Part shown: in pieces, positions 8,804 through 16,866 of the stretch | How the letters are laid out: each line of letters begins with the position of its first letter | How positions within the stretch are numbered: position 1 is the stretch's first letter | Origin: an uncultured Candidatus Peribacteria bacterium | GTDB lineage: Bacteria > Patescibacteriota > Gracilibacteria > JAHISY01 | Length of the DNA stretch: 64,000 nt | Assembly: GCA_964452725.1 (NCBI GenBank) | Contig: CAYVMX010000003.1 | Span: forward strand, 6,670-70,669 | Direction: 5' to 3' | Made by a program: the position numbers and the translations under genes | Notes under the pieces: model-generated | The model's database searches: none | What the model was told of the DNA's origin: nothing | The model's input: the letters and a program-made list of their open reading frames with translations, nothing else

Positions 8804-9503
8804 GACCAAAGACTCAGCTAGTTTACGGCAGAAAGTCGCTCGCGACTATGATACCATCGCCGACGAATGGGATCGGACACGGCAAAACTCATGGGGTGAG
8901 TTTGAGTTTTTGGGTGAGCTGCTGGAGCAAAGCCATTCTGATAAGAATATAAAAATATTAGACGCAGGGTGTGGTAATGGTCGGCTAATTAAATGGTTGG
9001 ACACAAAATTAAATAAAAATGGGTATGAGTATCTCGGTGTGGATAGTTCTAGTGAATTACTAAAAAAAGCGCAGACAAGTTTTCCTGCACGGAAGTTCCA
9101 ACAGGCTGACCTGACAGAGTTTCGAGCCAAGGCAAAGTACGATGCTGTCGCCTGTATCGCGGTGTTACACCATCTGCCGAGTAGGACCGATCGATTAAAG
9201 GTTTTACAAAATCTTTATACGAGTCTGGAAAATGGTGGTCGACTTTTCCTGACAGTTTGGAATCTCTGGCAGCTACGGTATCTGAAATTCACATTAAAAA
9301 GTTATTTAGTTGGCACTCCTCGCGAGTGTCGAATTCCTTTCGCTGGACGAGTGGAGCGCTATGTCTATGCTTTCACTGCGAGTGAGCTAATGCAGCTGTT
9401 TGACGAGGTGGGATTTAGTCGAGTTGAAGTTTTCCCTGCGGCTAGAGAGAATAAGACTGGTGTTTTCACTGGACGTAATCTAATAGTCCGCGCTATCAAA
9501 TGA
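8802..9503 (+). CDS. Trm9-like class I SAM-dependent methyltransferase
   Basis: YDTIADEWDRTRQNSW, ILDAGCGNGRL and AVACIAVLHHLPSRTDRLKVLQNLYTSLENGGRLFLTVWNLWQ closely follow the yeast Trm9 blocks (YNEIAPHFSQTRYKPW, DVGCGNGKYL, ISIAVVHH...GGQALIYCWALEQ). The ATG at 8802 overlaps the elp3 ATG on the other strand (CATG). Confidence 0.8.
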   Translation: MTKDSASLRQKVARDYDTIADEWDRTRQNSWGEFEFLGELLEQSHSDKNIKILDAGCGNGRLIKWLDTKLNKNGYEYLGVDSSSELLKKAQTSFPARKFQQADLTEFRAKAKYDAVACIAVLHHLPSRTDRLKVLQNLYTSLENGGRLFLTVWNLWQLRYLKFTLKSYLVGTPRECRIPFAGRVERYVYAFTASELMQLFDEVGFSRVEVFPAARENKTGVFTGRNLIVRAIK

Positions 9504-9742
9504 ACCCTAAAGATCCTGAAATACTCGAAGGTGAAGTCATTGGCTCTGCGCCAGAAAAAAACTCTCAGCGAGAGCAACCACGTGGCGGCGTACCACCACA
9601 GTTTGCTAAAATCCAGTCATCATGTTTGACAGGTTGCTTGATCGCGTTAGTGCTCGTATTGTCTGTAGTGGTTTTTGCGCCCGCACTTTTGTTGTTGCCT
9701 TTGTTGCTCTGGCTCTTTTGGTGGCTGCGCCAAAAGAAGTAG
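9500..9742 (+). CDS. Possible small membrane protein (doubtful)
   Basis: The ATGA start overlaps the methyltransferase stop, and the C-terminus is hydrophobic. However, 121 nt overlap the signal-peptide region of the next gene in another frame, where T-rich DNA reads as hydrophobic in several frames. Confidence 0.3.
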   Translation: MNPKDPEILEGEVIGSAPEKNSQREQPRGGVPPQFAKIQSSCLTGCLIALVLVLSVVVFAPALLLLPLLLWLFWWLRQKK

Positions 9743-12048
9743 TAGCAGCAAGTTTCGTCGATGTGCCGAGTACTCACACCAATGCTGCTGCGATTGATTA
9801 TCTCACGACAGAAGGTGTGATCGGTGGTTATCCTGACGGCTCTTTCCGACCGGATCAGCCAGTCAATCGAGCAGAGGCGCTCAAGATTATCTTGCTCGGT
9901 AGTCAGATCGTGACTAGTGCTTCGCGTGCGGCAGTTTTTCCCGATGTGCCAGCTGAGGCTTGGTTCGCTCCATTTATCAGTACTGCCAAGGATCGTGAGA
10001 TCGTCGGCGGTTATCCTGATGGGTTTTTTCGTCCGGAGCAGACGGTCAATCTCGTCGAAGCACTCAAGATGGCGCTGACCGCCAATCAGATTGTGCTGGA
10101 CAATTACGCGACTACAGCTCAGGTCTTTGCCGACACTGAGGCTGGTGCGTGGTATAGCGCCTTTCTCAGCTATGCCAAGCAGTTTGAGCTGGTCGATGGC
10201 GACACAGGCGATCGTGTGTATCCAGATCGATCATTGACACGTGGTCAGCTCGCGGAGGTGATGTACCGTTATGCGACGCGCATTGATCGTGTCTGTCCGC
10301 GCTTACTGGATAATATCAAAACCAAGTCAACTGATTATTTCAATGGGCTAACACTTACACAACCATTACCGACGATCTTTTATGAAGATGAGATTTATGC
10401 GTTGCGTGGTTCTACGGCTGGGGCAGTGCCAAAGGTGACAGCTTTTTTTTCCAAGACAAATGGCGAGCAAGTTGTTTTTTCGACAGCTGTCGAAAATGGT
10501 GAGTTTGTATTACCGGTCGAATTCCGTGCGCCAGGATATTACAATTTCGCCGTACTGCCTGGTGAAAGCGGTCGGAGTGTAGTGGCGACAGTGGAAGTAA
10601 TACCACAGGAGTGTGCTCCAGCCACAGTCGCCGTGGCAAGCAGTATGCCAACTGGTTTGACCGCTACGACTGTAGACAACGAGCCGATCCTGCGCTGGGA
10701 CAACGGTACCAACAACCTTACACGTGTGGTGTTGCGTCAGGGGTCGCATCGTTATGAGCGACTGCTATCGGCTGGACAGACGGAGCTGGTGCTTGATCCA
10801 GTAGACTTCACTGATTGGGAGGTCGGTAGCGCGACGGTTCAAGTCTTCGGTGCGTATGCGGAGGGCGGTGTCAGCTATGCGCCGAGGACAGAGTGGGTAG
10901 CAAGTGATCCATTGACACTAAATATCGCTCAGCATTATTTTTCTGAGTGGCGTACCGATGTGCTCTCACTCTCTCTATTGCCAGAGACGCATGGTGATGC
11001 TCTGACGCTGGCTGGCACTAGCTCTATCGCGCTGGAGACGACAGCTTATCTGGTCTCACCAAGTGGTACAGTAAAAGAGTTTACTTTCGTCGGTGAGCCA
11101 AACGAACTCCTAGCTGGTAGTAGTTTTACGCTCAATCTCAATTTTTCTGAAGTGGGTACATATATAGTCGAAATAAATGATACAAGTGGATTGGCAGTGC
11201 TCAACCATCCGCTTTACCAGACTGGTACTTTTCCACTTTTGCCGGATTTTCAAGATCTCCGTGATACTGTCAAATCAGCGGCTGGTTTCTCACTCAATCG
11301 TGAGCGTTCGATCTGGCTACGCTTGGTCAACTCTGCACGAGCACAGGCTGGGCTTGGTGCGGTCACTCTGAGTCCTGAGCTGTCTGAGATCGCTCAAGAT
11401 TATGCCGAGCAGATGGCTACGAATAATTTTTTTGGACATGTGGGGCTAGACGGTCGTGATCCAGAGGCGCGTCGCACAGCAGCTGGTTGGCCACTCTCAG
11501 TCGGTGAAAATCTCGCACAAGATATGAATACTCAATACGCCCATGCTGGGCTAATGCGCTCAGCCGCGCATCGTGCCAATATCTTAAACCCCGAATGGGG
11601 GCAGGTAGGACTAGGGATCGCAGAAAACTCACGTGGTGAGCGCCTCTTTGTCCAAGAGTTCAGCGTCACACTCAAGACTGAGCCTACGCTGGACACTTTG
11701 GCAGATGAGCTCTTCGCTAGCTTGAGTGCTGCGCGACAGTCACGTGGTTTGGTTGCCTTTAGCTCACATGCCAATATCCAAGCTGCTGCCGATAGTTGGA
11801 GTAAACAAATGACAGCTGGCAATTTCCTAGATACAGTCCATGGTCCTGCTAGTCTAGAGGCGACAGTGCGTGCACAAGGTTTCTCCGGCTCGATCAAGGC
11901 GCTGATTTTCAAAGCCAGCCGACTAGCCGATATCGAGGCTAATCTGCTCGCGGATGAAAATTTCCTGACGGTGGAGTTCGGCACGCTAGCGATCGGAGTC
12001 GCGCAGGGTGACGATGGTGTCTACCGTGCGACGGTGATTTTTCGCTAA
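9622..12048 (+). CDS. Secreted SLH-domain protein with two C-terminal CAP/SCP (YkwD-like) domains
   Basis: Signal peptide. Three SLH repeats (FVDVPSTHTNAAAIDYLTTEGVIGGYPDGSFRPDQPVNRAEALK and two more). CAP motifs NSARAQAGLGAV...FFGHVGLDG...GENLA...HRANILNPEWGQVGLGIA, with a second copy at the C-terminus. Confidence 0.85.
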   Translation: MFDRLLDRVSARIVCSGFCARTFVVAFVALALLVAAPKEVVAASFVDVPSTHTNAAAIDYLTTEGVIGGYPDGSFRPDQPVNRAEALKIILLGSQIVTSASRAAVFPDVPAEAWFAPFISTAKDREIVGGYPDGFFRPEQTVNLVEALKMALTANQIVLDNYATTAQVFADTEAGAWYSAFLSYAKQFELVDGDTGDRVYPDRSLTRGQLAEVMYRYATRIDRVCPRLLDNIKTKSTDYFNGLTLTQPLPTIFYEDEIYALRGSTAGAVPKVTAFFSKTNGEQVVFSTAVENGEFVLPVEFRAPGYYNFAVLPGESGRSVVATVEVIPQECAPATVAVASSMPTGLTATTVDNEPILRWDNGTNNLTRVVLRQGSHRYERLLSAGQTELVLDPVDFTDWEVGSATVQVFGAYAEGGVSYAPRTEWVASDPLTLNIAQHYFSEWRTDVLSLSLLPETHGDALTLAGTSSIALETTAYLVSPSGTVKEFTFVGEPNELLAGSSFTLNLNFSEVGTYIVEINDTSGLAVLNHPLYQTGTFPLLPDFQDLRDTVKSAAGFSLNRERSIWLRLVNSARAQAGLGAVTLSPELSEIAQDYAEQMATNNFFGHVGLDGRDPEARRTAAGWPLSVGENLAQDMNTQYAHAGLMRSAAHRANILNPEWGQVGLGIAENSRGERLFVQEFSVTLKTEPTLDTLADELFASLSAARQSRGLVAFSSHANIQAAADSWSKQMTAGNFLDTVHGPASLEATVRAQGFSGSIKALIFKASRLADIEANLLADENFLTVEFGTLAIGVAQGDDGVYRATVIFR

Positions 12049-13733
12049 AACCACTCCAGCGCCTTTTGCATTACTTCATCAGCTGCGGTGTTTTCATCTT
12101 CAGCTACGGCGATGTCTGGCGTGATACCATTGCCTTGGATTGGTTGGAAGTTGGGACTCAGCCAGTGGGCGATCGTGAGCTTCAGCGCGGTACCATCGGA
12201 AAAAAACGAGAGCTCTTGGACGGTGCCCTTACCAAAGCTTTGACTACCGACGATCGCAGCGACATTGTGGTCCTGAAGCGCACCAGCGACGATCTCAGAG
12301 GCACTAGCGCTACCTTTGTTGACCAGTACTAGTGTTCGGTAGCCGTCCAGTAGTGGTGTTCGGTTGGTCCTGTAGACTGTGTCGTTGCTTGGATCGCGGT
12401 AGCGAGCGGTGGCTGCGACTGAGCCATTTGGTAGGAAGTAGCCGAGCATGTCGATAGCAGTATTGAGCAGACCACCAGGATTATTCCGTAGGTCGAGGAC
12501 GATGCCTTTTGGCTTCTGCGCTATGATCTCGGCAGCTGCTTTGCCAAACTCCTCAGCAGTAGTCACGCCAAACTGACTAATCGATACTACGGCGATATTA
12601 TTATTAAATGTTAGTTCGACAGATTTGACCTCGACACGTGCACGCGTGACGATAAAGCTTTGTGTCTGACCATTGCGCCTAATGGTGATCTGTATATCTG
12701 TACCAGTAGGGCCTTTGATACGGCCAGCAACCTCACTGACGGTCATACCCTTGACTGATTTACCACCGACTGCGGTGATGACATCATCGGGTTTGAGTCC
12801 GGCTTCTTCTGCTGGTGAGCCTTTGATCGGACTAACAATGACAACATCGCCAGTTTTTTCGTCCTCCGAGAGGTACGCGCCGATACCTTCTACCTCTCCT
12901 GAGAGTCCGTCGGAGAAGGCGTTGCTAGCCTCTGGCGTAAAGAAATTGGAGTACGGATCACCGAGTGAATCGACAATACCTTTGGCAGCTGCCTGAATCA
13001 TGACAGTCTCGTCGATTTGGTTCTCAAAGAGGAATTTACTTGTTATCTGATTCCAAATGATTTCAAGCAATTCATTATTTGGTATGACGCTACTACGACT
13101 AGTCTGAACTACGACGACCGATCCTTCGTTAAAATTATCTAGCTTATAAAAAAGCTCTGCTGCGCCAGCTCTCGTGAGAGCCTGATTGACACCAAACTTG
13201 CCATCGGCGACAGGAGCCATCACGTCAGCCTTGACCGCGCGATAGACGTACGGTGCGTACATATGACGACTGGGTACATCACGGAAGCCAAAGTATTCCT
13301 CGACGATAGTCGGCGGCGTACCGACACCAAAGAGTGCTAGCCCTAGTCGGGCAGCCTCACCACGTGTGAGCACACGCTCTGGACCAAATTTGTCACGATA
13401 GTCTGACAACATGCCAAAACGCTCAGCCTCAGCGACATATGGTGCGAACCAACTTTCGACGGGGACATCGTTGAAGCGTGTACGAGAGTTTTTATCCAGC
13501 TTGCTTGCGTCGACACCTGCGGCGAGGAGCCCCATAGTGAGGAACTCTGCGCGAGTGATTGGGCGCTTGGGGTTGAACTGCCCGCTATCATTACCGACTC
13601 CGATCGACCCTAGCCATTCGATTGCCTTTGCTTGTGGATTTTGGGCTGTGATATCGGTGAAGGTGGCCAAAGCAGGATTGACAGTGATCATCAAGATGAT
13701 CGTCGCAACGAGTAGGCGGTAGAAATTAGACAT
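12045..13733 (-). CDS. S41 carboxyl-terminal processing peptidase with N-terminal SLH repeats
   Basis: The start is taken at MSNFYRLLVATIILMITVNPALA (signal peptide). SLH repeats, a PDZ domain (GIGAYLS...SPAEEAGLKPDDVITAVGG) and the S41 core VLVNKGSASASEIVAGALQDH. Confidence 0.88.
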   Translation of the reverse strand: MSNFYRLLVATIILMITVNPALATFTDITAQNPQAKAIEWLGSIGVGNDSGQFNPKRPITRAEFLTMGLLAAGVDASKLDKNSRTRFNDVPVESWFAPYVAEAERFGMLSDYRDKFGPERVLTRGEAARLGLALFGVGTPPTIVEEYFGFRDVPSRHMYAPYVYRAVKADVMAPVADGKFGVNQALTRAGAAELFYKLDNFNEGSVVVVQTSRSSVIPNNELLEIIWNQITSKFLFENQIDETVMIQAAAKGIVDSLGDPYSNFFTPEASNAFSDGLSGEVEGIGAYLSEDEKTGDVVIVSPIKGSPAEEAGLKPDDVITAVGGKSVKGMTVSEVAGRIKGPTGTDIQITIRRNGQTQSFIVTRARVEVKSVELTFNNNIAVVSISQFGVTTAEEFGKAAAEIIAQKPKGIVLDLRNNPGGLLNTAIDMLGYFLPNGSVAATARYRDPSNDTVYRTNRTPLLDGYRTLVLVNKGSASASEIVAGALQDHNVAAIVGSQSFGKGTVQELSFFSDGTALKLTIAHWLSPNFQPIQGNGITPDIAVAEDENTAADEVMQKALEWF

Positions 13734-13801
13734 AACTTGGAATTTTTTTAAAAAAACAAAATAAAGAATAACCAATGCAGTCTAGCAGTTTTCTGCTTCT
13801 C

Positions 13802-14692
13802 CTACACGAGTTTTAGGTCTTTTAGTACCGAGCTGATTTTGGCTTTGTTGGCTGTGCTCGGCTCGGTCAGTGGCAAGCGGACAGCATAGGGTAGCTTGTT
13901 CATCTCGGCTAGCGCCCACTTTACGTCGATGGGGTTATTGTCGAGGAAGTTTGCCTCCATGAGAGCTAAGTACTTGCTATGTAATGTCTGCGCACGTTCC
14001 CAGTCACCAGTGTTGGCTGCTGACACTAGCTCGTGAAATTCACGTGGGATTTCATTGGCAGCGACACCGATACTGGCTTTGCCGCCGAGCTTGATTATCT
14101 CTACTGTTTGGCTGTCCTCACCGGACACTACTGCGAAGTCAGCAGGTTTATTGTCACAGATCTCTTTGATTTGGACGAGATCGTTACTGGCTTCTTTGAC
14201 ACCGATGATGTTTGGGTGTTTTGCTAGCTCTAGCGTGGTTGCCGCTTCGACGTTTTTACCTGTGCGGCTGGGGACATTGTAAATAATCAGTGGCATACCG
14301 ACTTCGGCGATTTTTGTGTAGTGGGCGACTAGTCCGTCTTGGGTGGGTTTGTTATAGTACGGGCTCAGCGAAAGGATCGCATCGGCACCAGTTTTTTGTG
14401 CGTGTTTAGCGAGATCGACCGCCTCGGCAGTATTGTTTGATCCAGCACCAGCGATGACAGGTACACGCTTCTTTGCTTCGTCTACGACGATATCTACGAC
14501 GTGGTGATGCTCGCTATGACTGAGTGTCGCGCTCTCGCCTGTCGTCCCTGCGACGACGATACCATCGGTACCCGAGGCGATCTGCCAGTCGACCAGTTCA
14601 CGCAGTTTTGCCTCATTGATCTCGAGTGACTGTGGATCAAATGGTGTGACGAGGGCGACAAAGGAGCCAGTAAGGTCGGCGTGAGTCAGCAT
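13802..14692 (-). CDS. dapA: 4-hydroxy-tetrahydrodipicolinate synthase
   Basis: GTTGESATLSHSEH, YNVPSRTG and GVKEAS motifs; 296 aa. Confidence 0.93.
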   Translation of the reverse strand: MLTHADLTGSFVALVTPFDPQSLEINEAKLRELVDWQIASGTDGIVVAGTTGESATLSHSEHHHVVDIVVDEAKKRVPVIAGAGSNNTAEAVDLAKHAQKTGADAILSLSPYYNKPTQDGLVAHYTKIAEVGMPLIIYNVPSRTGKNVEAATTLELAKHPNIIGVKEASNDLVQIKEICDNKPADFAVVSGEDSQTVEIIKLGGKASIGVAANEIPREFHELVSAANTGDWERAQTLHSKYLALMEANFLDNNPIDVKWALAEMNKLPYAVRLPLTEPSTANKAKISSVLKDLKLV

Positions 14693-14700
14693 TGATTTAA

Positions 14701-15201
14701 TTATTTAGTGACTGTGGCGTCAGGGGTGACCTCTGCGGTTGGTGTATCAGCGGTAGGAGTAGTTGGTGCTGTTTCAGCTGGTGTTTCTGCCAGCGTCTCA
14801 TTGACAGTGGTCAGTGCTGCATCGATATCTGTGAGCGAGGTTTCGAGTTCAGCCTTTTGGACTAGTAGCTCAACGGCAGCAGAAGTAGACACCTCGGTAG
14901 ACTTATCTGTATCGGTGCCGGTCTCGCCACGGTTGAGTAGCTGGTCGATGGAGTCCATCGCTGCTTGGATACTAGCAACGGCTTCGTCGAGCTGGCGTTT
15001 TTTTTCAATCAACGCCTCTTTGGCGTTTTCTACTTCGGCGATGACATTTGCGACGCTAGTTTTGACCTCTTCGATTTGTGTCGTGGCTTTGGTCTGTAGA
15101 TCTTTGGCCTGCTGGACTACACTGGCAGCTGTCTCACAGCCTGTGAGGAGGAGGCTGGTCGGCAGGATTATGAGGACGAAGACAAGGAGTTTTTTAATCA
15201 T
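14701..15201 (-). CDS. Coiled-coil lipoprotein
   Basis: MIKKLLVFVLIILPTSLLLTGC is a lipobox signal peptide (start at the internal Met, 15201). The remainder is an Ala/Glu/Thr-rich helical protein with a Pro/Thr-rich tail. Confidence 0.65.
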   Translation of the reverse strand: MIKKLLVFVLIILPTSLLLTGCETAASVVQQAKDLQTKATTQIEEVKTSVANVIAEVENAKEALIEKKRQLDEAVASIQAAMDSIDQLLNRGETGTDTDKSTEVSTSAAVELLVQKAELETSLTDIDAALTTVNETLAETPAETAPTTPTADTPTAEVTPDATVTK

Positions 15202-15285
15202 TACTATGATTTTAAAGAAAAATGGTGTGGTTTGTCCAAACTCATATTTTTCCGCTAGAATCCAACTAATTAAAAAGCTTTCCAA

Positions 15286-16386
15286 ATGCTCCTAACTTGC
15301 GATCAAGGCGACCTCATGGCAGCGCTCACGACTGTGAGTAAGGCAGTCAATATCAACAACACGCTACCAGTACTCAACAATATCCTGCTCAAGGCAGAAA
15401 ATAAAAAGCTGACCTTTGCAGCGACGAATTTGGAGATCGCGATTACAACCAGTATCTCCGCAGAAATTAAAAACGAAGGTAGTCTCACTGTACCAGCGAG
15501 GCTTTTCACTAGCTATGCTGGTCTGCTCTCTGCAGGCAAAGTCGAACTGGCGAATAAAGAAGGCCTTGATTTACAAATCAAGGCATCTAAGTCACAGACT
15601 CGTATCAAAGGTATCTCGGCAGATGAGTTTCCACTGATCCCGCAAGTCCAAAAAGACATCAGTCTCGAGCTAGTAGCAGGTGACCTGCTGACTGCGATCC
15701 AACAAGTCGCCTTTGCTTCGGCGCGTGACATGGTGCGACCAGTACTAGCAGGAGTCAATCTCCATGCGACAAAAAAAGAGGTGCGCCTTGCGGCGACAGA
15801 TAGTTACCGCCTGTCAGAAAAGGTCCTGACGCCGACCAAAGGACCAGAGAAAGACTTCACAATCATAATCCCAGCACGGACAGTCATGGAGTTGGCGCGG
15901 ATCATCGAAAAGGGCAAAGAGCCTGTCACGCTTGATTTTTCTGGTAGTCAGGTGCTATTCATCTACAAGAATGTAGAGCTGGCGAGTCGTTTGATCGAAG
16001 GTGCTTTCCCTGAGTATGGTCAGATTATCCCCAAGAAGCACTTGACCCAAGTCAATATCAAGACCGACGAGCTCGCTACTGCGGTCAAGCGTGTCAACCT
16101 TTTTACCAAGGATAGCCACAACGTAAAACTCGAAGTATCAGCAGACAAAAAGCTCCTCATTCGTTCTGATGCGACTCAGATTGGCGAAGAAGAAGCCGAA
16201 GTCGCTGCGACTATTGCTGGTGCAGAAAACACTGCGGCGCTCAATGCGAATTATCTACTGGAGGCACTCGGTGCACTCGGTAGCGCCGATGCCGTACTAG
16301 AGCTCGGTGAAAAGACTGCCCCAGTGGTGATCAAGCCAGCCAAGGGTAGTGACTATCTCCACTTGATCATGCCGCTGAAGGCTTAG
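15286..16386 (+). CDS. dnaN: DNA polymerase III beta sliding clamp
   Basis: LTTVSKAVNINNTLPVLNNILLKAENKKLTFAATNLEIAI and DSYRLSE are typical, as is the 366-aa length. Confidence 0.93.
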   Translation: MLLTCDQGDLMAALTTVSKAVNINNTLPVLNNILLKAENKKLTFAATNLEIAITTSISAEIKNEGSLTVPARLFTSYAGLLSAGKVELANKEGLDLQIKASKSQTRIKGISADEFPLIPQVQKDISLELVAGDLLTAIQQVAFASARDMVRPVLAGVNLHATKKEVRLAATDSYRLSEKVLTPTKGPEKDFTIIIPARTVMELARIIEKGKEPVTLDFSGSQVLFIYKNVELASRLIEGAFPEYGQIIPKKHLTQVNIKTDELATAVKRVNLFTKDSHNVKLEVSADKKLLIRSDATQIGEEEAEVAATIAGAENTAALNANYLLEALGALGSADAVLELGEKTAPVVIKPAKGSDYLHLIMPLKA

Positions 16387-16429
16387 GTAAGTCTTTGAGA
16401 GATTAAGTAGTTGAGTTTAATGTTATTTG

Positions 16430-16837
16430 ATGTCTACTTCCAAACTAAAATCTCAGCCACTTCACTTTCAGCTAATCTTAATCGGTGGATTTATCTTTAT
16501 CGCGTTTATGCTTTTTGCACTAGCACGCAGTATTTATCGTGACAGCTTTCAGGTCGGTAGTTATATCGACCGTTCACTAGTATTGATCGAGTCCAAAAAA
16601 GCGACAACTGAGTCGGAGCAAGGTGAACTAGCATATGTACAGACTCCACAGTACCAGCAAAAGATCGCCAAGGAGCTACTCGGACTCAAAGACCCTGGCG
16701 AACAAGTGATAATCCTCACTGGCGAAAACCAAGACATATCTGGTCTACTACCAGAAGCGCCACTCCGGCAGGAGCAACGCACGCGCGAGCTGCTCACAGG
16801 ACCACAGAAGTGGTGGCGGTATCTTTTTGGGATTTAG
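16430..16837 (+). CDS. Septum formation initiator (FtsB/DivIC)-like membrane protein
   Basis: Single N-terminal TM segment. The C-terminal KIAKELLGLKDPGEQVIIL resembles the FtsB/DivIC ARxxLGxxxPGE box. Confidence 0.45.
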   Translation: MSTSKLKSQPLHFQLILIGGFIFIAFMLFALARSIYRDSFQVGSYIDRSLVLIESKKATTESEQGELAYVQTPQYQQKIAKELLGLKDPGEQVIILTGENQDISGLLPEAPLRQEQRTRELLTGPQKWWRYLFGI

Positions 16838-16866
16838 TTTTCTCCAGCGTGCTCTATAATGCTCGG

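Noticed and set aside
14708-15295. 195-aa plus-strand ORF that mirrors the lipoprotein gene
   Set aside because: It is the exact antisense of an Ala/Glu/Thr-rich coiled-coil gene. The minus-strand reading has a lipobox signal peptide (LLLTGC), whereas the plus-strand product is Ser/Val/Ala low-complexity sequence.
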